From Lytechinus pictus (lineage: Eukaryota): a stretch of 64,000 nucleotides of DNA. Both the position numbers and the translations under genes were made by a program. Shown in pieces: positions 27,283-41,947 of this stretch (positions within the stretch are counted from its first letter, which is position 1; every line of letters starts with the position of its first letter). The stretch spans positions 23,004,001 to 23,068,000 of the forward strand of contig NC_087252.1 in assembly GCF_037042905.1 (NCBI RefSeq). Direction: 5' to 3'. The notes under the pieces are model-generated. The model saw only the letters and a program-made list of their open reading frames with translations. It did no database searches and was not told where the DNA came from.

Positions 27283-30200
27283 AAAGATAATGATGATGAT
27301 GATGGCGGTGGTGGTGGTGATAAGGATGATGGTGATGGTGTTGGTGGTTGTGCATGGTGGTAGTGGTGATGTTTAAAATGGTAAAATGGTGAGGATGACA
27401 ATGATAATGATGATGACAATGCTGCTGCTGATGATGATGGTGATGATGATGATGGTTATGGTGATTGTTTTTGTAATACTGACGATGATGATGATTATGG
27501 TAACGATTGTGGTAGTAATGATGGTAATGTTGATGATGTTGATGATAATGGTAATAGTGGTATTGATGGTTATAACTTTTGTGGTGATAATGATGGTGAT
27601 GGTGACGGATATGATGATTATGGTGATGATGATAATGTGGATTGGATGACAATATTAAAAATAAAATAGATGATGTTGGTGAAGATTGAATATACATGTT
27701 AAAGTGTCACAAAGTAACATAAATTGGCAATGTTGACTTAGAGGGAATGTAATATTTCCTGTCTGATAAATCGTTATGATCTCTCTTTCACCACATCCGA
27801 AAAAAGGTAATTGCACAGGGAATGAATTCAAATGCTTGAGGAATGGTCAATGTCTTCCAAACCACTTTGCATGTGATTTCTACTACAACTGTGGCCCGGA
27901 AGACAGATCAGATGAAATCGAAGGATGCGGAACACCAAATTCATTAAGTGAGTACCGTAGTCAAGAAGTCCTTAAAAGATAGACGAGATGACACATATAC
28001 TGAGGGTATATGAGGGTACAAAATATTAGTAGGAGAGATCGCAAAGCAAAAGATGAAATGTATGGAGATCTTCTCCACCTCGGTAATTAAGCGTAGTATG
28101 AGATTGGCTGGTCACTGTTTCCGTAGTGAGAAGGAAGTTATTTCCGATGTACTTTTGTTGCGCCTCCCTTATAAAACCAGAGGACGGGGTCCTTTCAATT
28201 TTGTTGATTACATATGAAGGGATACAAATAATTCGTTACATGATTTACCAACTCTTATGTCAGATTACAATTTCATAATCATCCTTACCGTTATCTTTGC
28301 AGTTACAAAGAACCTTCAACTGGAACAGCTTTACACCATCTTATCGACCAACTACCCAAACCCGTACCCACCGAGAGACTATCTGGTCTCCATTATCTCT
28401 GCCCCTGATGATTACGTTGTCCGTGTGATATTCAACGATTTCTCCATCGATTGGAAAGGTTTCCTCGCGTTCGGTCACGGCAGTGATTACCACGATCACG
28501 ATCAAGCTTTTGCCGTGTACAACCATCATGACAAGAATCCAGTGAACTTCTACACACCCACCAATCAGTTCTATATTGTCTTCCATGGCGGTCCCTATGG
28601 GCAATCCACCGGTTACAATATCAGTATGATCCCGATAGAAAAAACAGGTAAGCATAACCAGTTTAGCACAGACATGGATTTCAATGTGTGGGACTGTACT
28701 TAGACTAATGTGGATGTGGATCTCTCATATCGCCTTGTCTTACGATATCTTATTTCTTGCCTCATTGTGCCTTCTTCTTGCGTAATAAGAAAAAACAGTT
28801 ACAATGTCAATACTTTTGATTTCAAGAATAGTTATATTCCATTATAAAAAAATCAAGATATGATTTTTTTGTATGCTAGCTGTTAACATATATTTAGAAC
28901 TTCAGTTATTCAAGGGAATATACGTATATATAACCACACATTGATTTCCTGCAGGCTACTATTCCATTCCGTTACTTTGTTTGTATTTTGCCTTGCATCG
29001 TAATATTGTCATTGAACATATTTGAAATTAAATAGACTTTTTATCAGTCAATAAATTAGGTGAAGATCTTAGAGACACTTTCTTGAAAGAAAAAGAGAAT
29101 TATGCTTTCATATAGTCTGTTTAAAGGTTTCAATCACAAAGTATACAAATCATTCTTGTCATTGTCATGCTCTTTTCCAGCACACACTTGTACAAGGGAA
29201 AGTTTTGAGCCAAATCTTGGTTTAAGGGGCCTTTCCCTTTTATACCTCCGCCCAGCCAAGGTGGTTGTTGGTGCATGGTTTTATGTTTTTGGGGAAGTCT
29301 GTCTGTCTGTCTGTCCAACCTGTAGTCATTCTTGTGATCACTAGAACCTCAAATTTGGTTCAAGTATGCATGTTGTAATTGCCATGATCTGATTTGCTGT
29401 TAAGGCCAAGAGGTTAAAGGTCACATACATGTGTACAGTTGGTCATTGAATTATCATGTTCATTGAAGTCAGTGTATTATTGCCCTGTTTCTGAATTTTT
29501 AGGAACCAGATGAATAATACATTGACTTTAGTGGGGCTAATTATTTATTCATGATTTGATATCGTGGGCCCCATGGACCGATTCCCACCATATTTTGGTA
29601 GTGGGGGTTTTTCATCATGCTCTACCAAAATATGGTATCAAAAACGCTGATATGCAAAAAGTGAAAATTGATGACGTCACACTTCGGTACTCTATACCTA
29701 AAAATACTTTGCTCCTAAAATCCAGGTAAGGCATGAACTACAAGCGTGGCCCATCTGACTGGATTTGCCATGGATGCATATAGGAGCGAAAAGTCTAATT
29801 GGAATCTTGAGGTTAAAGGTCAAAGAGGTCATTATATGGCTTTTTCATAACTTGCTTTAGTAAGCCTTTATTGCCTTTCTCTTCTAGCTACCTCGAGGTG
29901 ATCCCACCTAGTATAGATTTGTTCAAAGTATTCTTATAGGAGCAAGTAAAGATATTAGATTTAAGGGTCATGAGGTCAATAGTCAAAGGTCACAGAGGTC
30001 ATTGTATGATGTCATGCCTGTCCCACTTCTTTTTCAACTACGTTCTCCAAATGTGATCCAATTCATATTTACATAGGAATAAATAAGATGAAAATAGATT
30101 TAGGGGTCATGAGGTCAAAGGTCACAAAGGTCATTATATACATGTAGCTATACATGTATCTCACTTTTCTTTCAGCCACTCCAACTGGGATCCCACCTGG

Positions 30201-33200
30201 TTCATGACATTAGGTCAATGTACATGTATTCATATAGGAGTAAATAAGATAAAAACAAATCTGAGGGTCATATGAGGTCAAAGGTCACAAAGGTCATTTA
30301 GATTTATCCCACTTTTTTCTTTCTGCCACCTGGTATATTATATTCAGGGGCCGCTGAACGGTTTTCAAAGTGGGGGGCTGAGCCAAAAGTGGGGGGCTGA
30401 CCATGCAAAATATCACAATCATATGGTCATTTTTACGTCAGTGTATTCATATAAGAATAACTAAGATAAGAATATGGGTCATGAGGTCAAAGGTCACAAA
30501 TGTCATTTCATAACTTTATCCCACTTTTCTTCTTTCAGCCACTCCAACTGTGATTCCACCTGGTACGTGTGAGCCAGGGCAGTTTGCTTGCTTTGACGGA
30601 ACGTGCTACCCTGGGATATATGAGTGTGATGACATCGTTGACTGTGATCAAGGCGAAGATGAGGCAAGGTGTTACGCAACCGGAGGTAAGTTTTTTTTCC
30701 CCTATCAGATTTCGGGCAAGACTAATTTACCGTTAGGCCATAAAAAGCCAATCAGCGCTCACTATTTCGCACCAGTCTGCTTACGCGCCCTTTGTTATAT
30801 TCTATTGATGTGTTCGCTTCCATTCATTTGTGCGTCATCCTCTGAAGAGTGCACAACGAAAAGCTTTAGTATGGCTCTCCTTCATGCTATTTTCAAAATT
30901 TGTTCTACCAAACGACTATATGTTTACAGTATTCTATCATTAATTCTGTTTTTTTTTTTTGGTGAAAAATTGACTTTTTCATTACGTGTTTCCCCTTTTT
31001 AAAAAATACCCCACCAGCTTATAACACAGGAACCCCATTGCCTTGCATGTTATGTCCATGGGAGCTCAAGTGGGGTATTTACCACCCCACTTTCAGATTT
31101 TGGGAGAGTGTTATTTTCTCTCGTTTAACTGGGGAGGGGTGGACTGACAGCTGATGAGAGCTGATAACACACAGCAACCACAGGCAACAGGCGATGACCA
31201 CAGCGGTGGAGTTTGATTGCAGCTGTCTATCTTACATGCTGATATAGGGGATGGGGGGGGGTGGTGGGAATGGTTAGGAACTCGAAATTGGGGTTTTGTG
31301 GTTTAAACGAGAATTTTCCTCATGTTATTGTTAAAACAGAGCTGCCACCTACATGTGTTTGAAAAAAGTCATAATTATCAGGATTGTCCTGTTTTATAAA
31401 AGTACACTGCTCACCATGTAGCATTATTGGTAGGAAACCTGGGCCCCGTCTTACAAAGAGTAACGATTGATCCAATCAATCTCAACTGTATGGAAATCCA
31501 TCCATACCATGATATTTTTCTACATGAAATTTGCACAATCTCCTTTATAGTAAAACAAAGAGAATCACACTGAATTCTCAACAGAATGATAAATGCATGC
31601 ATGTACATCATATCTAGAAAATATTTTGAACAAACATACGTTTTAGATTTTGATGTGGCTGGCCGTCCATAGATGTGGGTGATCGGATCCATCGCAACTC
31701 TTTGTAAGAAGGGCCCCTGGCCAGATTTGAGTAGGTGTAGAATTGAGGTGATGCTATACAAAAGATGCTGGTTGGTACATGTATCAACTGGCTTTAATTC
31801 TTTTTCTTAGGTACCTGTCAGTCGCATCAGTTCACATGTAACGATGGTTCTTGTATCCATGGCGACTGGAGGTGTGATGAATTCTTCGACTGTGCTGGCG
31901 GAGAAGATGAACAAGATTGTCGTAAGTTAGAGAAGTCAATTTATCGTTTTCTAAAATGCCAATTCTGTGGCAGCATTTCATGAAAGGACTCGTCTGACGT
32001 TTTATCTGACAAGTCCTCTTTTATCCAACAGTTACCACAGGAACAGTGCTTCTCAGCCAATCAAAATCAATCAAACTTGTAAATTCTGACAACTTATTGG
32101 ACCATAAATGTTGATGAAGTGCTCCGTGGACCTCTAAACGCTTCAATATTTTGAGGAAAGAATATGATTTTTTACCAATTCTGAGCTGTTTCATTACAAT
32201 ATACCTATTTTTCTTGATTACTTTTGCTGCACAATCCTACGGGAAAAGCTAGTTTTTCTTATTTTTGGGTAAATTATCCCTATTTTCTAACAGCAGGGGT
32301 TGGGAGGTTTGCATTTTTTTGTGTTCTTCATTGTTGTAGACATCGTGTTCTGTGTTCTTAGGTAGCATGTACAAAACATGCGGGTAAAGCAGTTATAGAT
32401 AATGAATATCTGAAAAAAGGTAAGTTTCCATGCAGATAAAGCTTGGCAAACACATGCTAAACATTGGAAAGAGGTTTGATGATTGAATTGTTTTATTACT
32501 ATTGTCACATTCTGTTTGTCTGTCCTGGATATTACATAAAAATAAAGATTTTTTTTTGTTTGTTCCTTCTAGCCTTCAGATGCTTCCCGGGCCAGTTTCA
32601 ATGTGAGGTAACTGAAACGTGTATTCCGCAGGGATTCACTTGCGACTACTATCCCGACTGCGCTGACGGCGCGGATGAGAAAATTTGTGGTAGTGAGTAA
32701 ATTTACCTGTTGACTACTGAATTATTTTATTCCCACAGGCTTTCTGTAATTTAAGTTAGCAACAGGATTCTATTTAGGATTTCAAGTTAGAATATTTATG
32801 TTGATTAGGGATATGAAAAAGAAGTAATTCTGAGGTGGTTTGAGGTGGCTGGTCTGCGGGATTGGGGTGACCGAAGAAGACATGGAAGAAGCAAGTGGTG
32901 ATGGAGGGTAGGAGGGTTGAGCTAGGAGATGGAGAATGCACTGAATAGAGTAACGTGGAGAGACAGGGCGAGGGTGATCTCTGTGAGTGCTAGCTGAATC
33001 CGGCCAACCCCATAATCGGGGACTAAATCAAATTTAAAACCTAGATGAATGACTTAGAAGACCAATTACTATTTTTTGGTTTTTGGTACTTACACATACC
33101 CTTCCCAGGCAACTTATTGTTGGTTTAGGGGTGATGGGTCATACATGGCTACCTGAACAGAAGCACACATGGCTACACAAACAAAGCATAAATAGTATCT

Positions 33201-36200
33201 CATGTGACCCAGGCTATCAAATTCTCTTCTTTTCATTCCACTTTTATAGCATGTGGAGCAGGATTTTTCAATTGCAGTGACGGGGCCTGCATCCCAGACT
33301 ACTACGTTTGTGATGCATACAACGACTGTTTGACGGCGTTGGACGAGGATAGCTGTGGTACCATCGAAAACACTGGTAAGAATGTTGTATACGTAAATCT
33401 TTGCTTAAAAGTTGAATTAAAGTTCGAAATTGTGATAAACATGTATGTGGCAACAATTGAATATATATGTATTAAAAAGGGTGATAGATTTTAAGGAAAC
33501 ATGACCAAAAAAAACACTACTGTGTTTTGTTTTTTGTTTATGGGCTATGATTATCATTAATAATAGTTTGGTTTCCCTGGGGAGCATTCCAACAAGAGTT
33601 CCAAGACTCGTTTGCTGGGCATACTACATACTTCTAAGGCTTGTGCATCCTACCGGGTACCCATTTAACACGTGGGTGGAGAATGGCAAAGTATGACATG
33701 AAAGAAAAGGATAAATTAGGACTTCCATTAGTATTGTGTGAAGAGATAGCTCTTGATTTCAATACTTTATGTTCGTTTTACAGAATATATCACTCTTGGC
33801 GTCGGAGAGGAGCAAACCATCCAATCACCTGGCTATCCCAATGCCTCTGCCCACGATGCGCATTGCTACCTCGAATGGATCGTCAACGTTCCCGACGGCT
33901 ATGCCATTCACCTAGTCGTCAACGACTTCTCGATACCTCCCGCGGCCTGGCTTCAGATGGGTACCGGTGACGATGCCGACAACGACACCAGCCGCTATGC
34001 TGTTTACTATGCCAGCACCAACCCGAGGGAGATCGTCCTCCCTGATAGCACCGCCTGGATCTCGTACCACTGCGGAGCGATCGGGTTGGCGCGAGGTTTC
34101 TCTATTACGATCGGACCCACAGATATAACTAGTAGGTGTCATTTCATTAATGTTAGGCAACTTGTCAAAAGTGTGTGCCTCGTCTTCTTTTGACAGGAAT
34201 CCCATTTTAATGCCGCTATGCGTCTTTTCATAGCGGCTTCCTGCATTCTCCACTGCTATCTCTATGAGGAAGTGTGAGGATTGGTAACGAAAAGCCGCTT
34301 GCAAGATTCCTGTCCGAAAGATACAATGCTGACTTTGACAAGGTGTCTCATTGTATGTTGCCATGCTTTTGTACAGTGCATATTACAAGGAAGGTTGTCC
34401 ATATTTTGAGGTTTCATGTTACAAAATTAATAAGCGAAATGCTTAGTCTTGTATTCAGATCACTTCTAAGCAATTTACTTTATCAAGCAAAATTCATGAA
34501 ATATATTTACTTGTTGCGATTGTGAATGTACAATGTATGTCTCCACCTGTGCGCAACCTGGTTGACTGGGCGCATGTACATTTGTGAACTGCACACTAAC
34601 CAGACTTCTGCCAGGTAGGGGGCTGACTTAGATTTAAGCAAAAGACCTACATGTAGGTAAAATGGCAATGGATAAGACCCCATCCTCAGTATAATTCTAA
34701 AACTAGTTTGGTGGAAACCGGTTTACGAAACCATTTTGGAAGATTGCTTCACTGGCATTCCCATCTGATCACCCAATAGTTGTTTTCAGAAACACTTCAC
34801 AGAAAGCGATCTTGTTGCCATAGGATTTTCCTCAGTTTCGCACAAAGTTTAAAAATCACAGCATAGGCATTTTTCACACATGTGCAAAGATCGCTTCGAA
34901 GGAACAGTTGTGTCCTCACCTACGCTTAAACTAATTTAACGAGGGAAAGCGGTTGTGAAAACTACATCGCAAGGTGGTTATTCTGAACCGGTTTGGAAGA
35001 TTGCTTCCAAGACTGCTTTGAGCGTTCATATTACATGTTATATCCCTCTTATGAATTTTCATGAGTATTCTAGATAAACGATTGGTCAATTCGTGATCAT
35101 GTGACAAAGTATAATTTCAATAGGAAAACACATCGCTGCGATTAGCTCCGTATAGTTTTCTTGTAGCTCCGTATATTTTTTTCGATATACTTTTATGGGC
35201 AGAACTGCGCATGCTCATGCTCGATATTTTATCTCAACTTTGAATTGCGCATGCTCCCTGACCTAACCCAGATATCGATCATCCGCAAAAAGTAAATAAA
35301 GTAAAATACAAGCTCTCGCCCAAATTACCGTAACGACAATCTGAAAAACAGTGTGGAATTGGGTCTTAATTACAATGCAGAAAATATAATTCCGACGGCC
35401 ATTCATACATGATCCTTAAATATGGAATAAACATACCTAACAAGGTGAGTCAAGATCCGATACTTATTTTTAGAGCATACATTTTAACTGCGCGTATTAA
35501 TTTTGAGTGCCACTTCAGCAATGGCCAACGCAGCGCAGCGGACCTCTCATTAAGTACAGTCGGGTAGAAGCCGCGCGCAGCCTACCCATGAACTTTCTAG
35601 CAATTAAATTAGCTTGACACAGGCCTAGAGTAGGACTAGGTCCGGCAACGTTAGATTTGGTCGAGATTGGTTAAAATTCAGCAAGGACTAGGTCCACAAA
35701 GTTAAAGAGGTATATAAAACAAATATATCAGGCGTTTCTTTCGAAAGCATAGTGGGAATTATTAATCCTTGGTTGGACTGGCAATGTAACTATTTTTACC
35801 TCGGGGCTTCGCCCCTCGGGAAAAATAGTAATTGCCAGTCCAACCTCGGATAAATAATTCCCACTATACTTTCTCAAAGCCTGATATATTTGTATATTAA
35901 ACTAGTTTCCAGTAAATTAGTTTTAGAACTGCAATTAGAACGGTCTGTGATGAATAAGTGATAGCAGAATACTGAATAAAATGTGTAAAATTCTGGCTTA
36001 TTAAAGTTAGAATTGAATTTAATACCTGCCATGTTACATGATTTGACCTTGTACAGTGCTAAGCTGACAGTTTTAATAATATTATTATTTAATTTATTCT
36101 CCAGCTCATAACTACACTGCTTGTGAGGCGGGTGAATTCCAGTGCAACGATGGCCACTGTATCCCATCTCATTATCTCTGTGATGATTTCAAGGATTGTT

Positions 36201-39200
36201 CGCAAGAAGAGGATGAGAACCATCTCTTGGGTCGTGTAAACTGCTCATCGTTTAACCACTGTAAGTACATGTGTGTGTCATTGGTGATAAAATACAAATA
36301 ATGCACAGTTAGACGAAGAGTTATCTCATATATGCAAAGGTACATGCACCATGCATCAAAATCCTTGCCCAGGGCCCTGTTGCATAAAATTTATAATTAT
36401 GGTAACTTTGCCATCCAATGGTAACTACCATGGTAACAATGCTCATCAGCCAATCAAAATCAAGGATAGTACCTTTTGTGCAACAGGGCCTTGGTCTTTT
36501 CTTTGGAAGAAGGCATACTGTGGTTTACATGGCATCTCATTTTTACGTGTTTTTGGGAAAATGATGCACCGGAAATATATACATAGTGCTGCACTGACAC
36601 TACAGTAACTATACAGTGCTGCACCTAAATAGCACGGCTGGAAGGTTACATGAATTAAAGCATGGACATGATTTGTATTCGCACTCAAAATTGACTACAT
36701 CCTGTAACCTTGATAAATATTTAGGGAATATTGGATGTCCTTGAGTGGGATGCGAAGAAATATTGTACGAGCTGAAGAGCAATATTGGATGAGTCGGAGA
36801 CGAATCCAATATTGTTCTTCAGTGAGTAACAATGTTTCAACGCATCCCACGAAAATTGGTCATCCAATATTATTATTATTATTTAGATACCCCTACAAAG
36901 CTAAACATAAAGTAATGAAGCAAAAAAAAAAAATGTTTTTAGTAACCCTCAATTATGGCAATCCTGTAAATCATAAGCATGGCGCTGAGTATGGTCATTT
37001 AAAAAAAAAAAATCTCTGTACTAAAGTAAAGATGTGCTAGCGTATTATAGTGCAAGCGCATTTGAAATTCAATAAATTGACACTACTTTACCACACCTGG
37101 CAACAAATACGCAATGCAATTTCAATGTGACGTAACAATTGCTTCATGCGCACAATCATTTATTAACCAATGATAAGCTTGTGGGAGGGGCAAAATATTC
37201 ATTTGTCCAATATTTTCAATATTGGATGGTTTTCATAGGCATGCACTTTAACAATCAGTCTTTATTTTTTGGCTATTTAAAAAAACGTTGCAAGACGTCA
37301 AAAAATATCTGCGCTTCTAAAACCCTACATCTAAATAATAATGATCAATAACAGGCAGTATGATACTGATGAAGTGATAATGCATGTGGTAGCAGTGATG
37401 GAAACTGTGCCCTACGATGTCAATGCCATTACAGTGAGAATTTTATCATATATATGTATATATGTATACATGAGACGGTCCCCAAGGTTAGCTATTGCCC
37501 CCTCTTTTCTTTTCCTTTTAGATGATTGTGGAACCTTTGCTTCAGAGTCACAGTATGAATGCCCATCAGGACTTTGTATACATTCTGACTGGAGATGTGA
37601 TGGCGATTTCGATTGTCCATCAGGCGCAGACGAAACAATGTGCGGTAAGTTAAGATTTTAGGAGATAATTTATGAGCAATGGCCAAAAGTGACAAGCTGG
37701 TTTGTGTTCATGATAGGTGTACAAAGGGGTAGTGTCACAGGGGGGGAGGTGGGAAGTGGGAGCAAAATTACGTACAGTGACAACAATAGTTATTTTTTCT
37801 CAATTTGATGAAAGATTATAATAAAGTTACATCTTTCATCTTAATACTCTTCTGTATTTTTCTTTTTTCTTTCACTTTCTCCCCCTTTCCCTCTTTTTGC
37901 TTTTTTTTCTCTATTTGAAATATCAATGGGGGGCATTAACCGTGCCCCCTCCCTTGCCCGTACCGATACCCCTTAATGTAGACCATCATTATTGTTTACA
38001 TGTCCACCAAACAAAGTGAGCCATAATTACACTGGATTTAACTAGGTAACCCACAACTGTGCTGACATCATTCAAGGAATTTTTCACTGCTGGCGATCAA
38101 ATTATATTGATTTTCATTTTTAATTCATCACTTTATTGGAAAATACGCTCATTAAAGGAATTGTTACAGTACGCCCAGGACTCTTCCCTTTTGAGGAGAA
38201 AATGCAGGGCAAGAAAATAGAAGATAATAGAAAACACCTTAGCATATTATACAACAATATATGTCGTGGTTAAGACTCTGGTCTTTGAATCTGAGGTACG
38301 TGGGTTCGATTCCAATGGCATGTTTTCCGTCAGCAAGAAATTTACCCACATTGTGCTGTACTCAACCCAGATGAGGTGAATGGGTACCAGGGAGGAAGAA
38401 ATTCCTTGAATGCTCAAGCGCCCAATCAAGGTAGCCGTGCTACAGCCAAGATAATAATGACATAATCATGTTAAGCAGGGCCCGCTAGTAGAACAGTTTA
38501 TGGAAGTGAAGTGGCTACCCTGGGTAAAATATGACATTGTTATTATTATTATGATCTAATAATCTCATAACAAGAGAAATAAAACCTGCAAAAACAAACA
38601 GTGCCAAAAGAACACCAGCTGTTGGCGTAAGAGGACCGCACCAGGCACGGGACAAACTGAACACCAGTCAGCCCAAGCTGAACACCAGTCAGCCCAACAG
38701 CCACTGGTGCCCTCATAAACAATTGACAGTGTTATGTCCACACCATCCGGTGTTAGAGTAACACCCGACGGGGGCAAACCAATGTCACACATGGCACGGT
38801 CCCCACAGCACCTAATGTCAACTGATGATTAATAGTAATAGCCAATCTTTATATAGCGTTTTTACCCAGAACGGCTCAAAGCGCTTTACAGCATATTATT
38901 ACCCCGGTCATTGGATTCATTTCAATCCCGCACGAAAAGTGCACAATTTCCACTCCCTGGGGAGCATTCCTTTCATTCATCGCAGCCTCATAATGGCGCT
39001 GGCAAATTCAAACATACATGTACAATATCTTTCGCATCCTTCCGGGTACCCATTTAGCACCCGAGTCGAGAGTGGCAAAGTGTGGATTAACGCCTTGCCA
39101 AAGGACGCTAGACCGCGGTGGGATTCGAACACACGACCCTCTGTTTACAAGGCGAGAGTCAGAACCACTACACCACGGCCCTTCCATTAAATGTGAAAAT

Positions 39201-41152
39201 GTTGTCTTGTTGCCTCCTAGGACCTTGTCAGGAGACGGAGTTTGAGTGCCCTCACCAACAATGCATCTCAGGAAATTTCAGATGTAATTTCTTCCTGAAT
39301 TGCCTGGGTGGCTTTGATGATGAACTCAACTGTGGAACACCAGATACTACAAGTGAGACTTCTCAAAAGTTGTATTTGGCAGAATTTAGATAATAACTAA
39401 ATTAGTATTATTGTTATTGTTATTATTATTATTATTATTATCCTACACTGTACATGCATGTAGGAATGTGCATACAGTTGGACAGTCCGTTGCAAATCTT
39501 TCTGCAACAAACTGCTTCCTCGGTTTTTAACCAATTCTCATGAAACTTGGAACACATGTTGGTGTTGGGGTGAAGATGTACAAGATTAATTTTTCGCATG
39601 TGTAGGAAATTGTGTTGCCATGGTAACGGTATATTTTGGCAAAAATTAGGTAAAAATCTTGCCGTTCAGACTACTCCCTTTAACCAGTTCTCATGAAATT
39701 TGGCACACACATTGGTACTGATGTGAAGATTTGCAAGGCATATTTTTTGTGTGCGTCAGAAATCATGTTGCCATGGTAGCGACAGATTATATGGCAGAAA
39801 TTGAGCAAAAAATTTGAAGTTATAATTTCTTCATCAATTTTCAACAAATTCTCATGACATTTGGATCACTCATTGGTTTCATAGTAAAGGTGTATGAGAC
39901 ACATATTTTGTGTGTGTCGGAAATTGTGTTGCCATGGTAACACCATATTATATGCCCCAAATTGATTAAAAATCTTTCGGTTTGAAGAACTTGATTAGTT
40001 TTCAACCAATTCTCATGAAATCAGGCTCTCACATTGGTCTTGAAGTAAAGATGTGCAGGACATATTTTTGCATGTGTTGGAAATTGTGTTGCCATGGTAA
40101 CAATATATTATATGTAAAAAATTCGGCAAAATCTTTCAGTTCAAACTACTTCATCACTTTTTGACCAATTCGCATGATATTTTGTTTGTACATAATTTAG
40201 GCCTTGGGATAAAGATGGGCAAGACATACTTTTATCCATGTGATGGAAATGTGTGCCACGGTAACGGCCCAGGGCGGGAGTATTAATCAGTTATTATTAC
40301 TATTTTTATTATTGTCGTTGTTATTATTAAGATTATCATTATTGTCATTGTTGAAAGCAATTTCTTGATTGTAGAACTCTAGACCTGCAAGTAAGATAAT
40401 ACATAAGACTAAGTGTTTTATCATGTTTTCTAAATAATAAAAATGAACTGCTTAATATTTACATTACGATTTCTTTTTCATATTCCCTTTTCCAAATAAT
40501 TACATAATTACATTTTTCATTTTCATCATGTATCTGAATATGCTGATACATTGTGGTTGTGTTTTTAAAATATTTTTAATAATTATATTTTTATTTGATA
40601 AGTCTTATCAGCTCTCAAACATGAAAGGGCTAAGTAAAATTGTGAGAGATTATTTATTTTGACTTTTCCTTTTCCCTTTGCAGCTTACATCTACCTTAGA
40701 CAGAACAGCACAAACATAACGTCTGTAAACTACCCCTATGACTACAAATCAAACGAGAATTATGAGATAATTGTCAGCGTCGATCCGAGCCGAGCGATCC
40801 GCGTGATCTTCTACGACATTAATCTCAGTATTGACACCTACTTGGCTTTTGGGCATGGTAACGACCCTGAGGACTTCGACAATCTTTTTGAGTCGTATTC
40901 TCATCAATCTACCGTGCCCGCAGAGTTCAATTCAATCACCAACGAGATGTTTATCAAGTTTCACTCTGGGCGGTATGGAGGAATGGCCGGCTATTTGATA
41001 GGGTTAGAAGATGTAGACCCAACAGGTGAGATCTAGGAGTAGTAGCAGTGATAGCAATAGTAGGAGTAGTAGGAGGAGTAGCAGTAGTAGTAGTAGTAGT
41101 AGTAGTTGTAGTAGTAGTAGTAGTAGTAGTAGAAGTAGTAGTAGTAGTAGTA

Positions 41153-41192
<40 letters not shown>

Positions 41193-41210
41193 AAGTAGTA
41201 GTAGTAGTCT

Positions 41211-41247
<37 letters not shown>

Positions 41248-41254
41248 AAGTAGA

Positions 41255-41349
<95 letters not shown>

Positions 41350-41358
41350 AAGTAGTAC

Positions 41359-41448
<90 letters not shown>

Positions 41449-41510
41449 AAGTGGTAGTGGTAGTGGTAGTGGTAGTAGTAGTAGTAGTAGAAGTAGTAGT
41501 AGTAGTAGTA

Positions 41511-41550
<40 letters not shown>

Positions 41551-41568
41551 AAGTAGTAGTAGTAGTCT

Positions 41569-41605
<37 letters not shown>

Positions 41606-41612
41606 AAGTAGA

Positions 41613-41710
<98 letters not shown>

Positions 41711-41719
41711 AAGTAGTAC

Positions 41720-41815
<96 letters not shown>

Positions 41816-41915
41816 AAGTGGTAGTGGTAGTGGTAGTGGTAGTAGTAGTAGTAGTAGTAGTAGTACATGTAGTAGTAGTAGTAGTAGTTAGTGGTAGTAG
41901 TAATAGTAGTTGTAG

Positions 41916-41947
<32 letters not shown>

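Noticed and set aside
26558..27697. Long poly-His/Asp/Met/Ile ORFs (also near 5.4-6.0 kb, 21.5 kb, 60.3-61.0 kb) and poly-Ser/Val/Tyr ORFs at 41-42 kb
   Set aside because: They are translations of intronic trinucleotide microsatellites, open in several frames on both strands.
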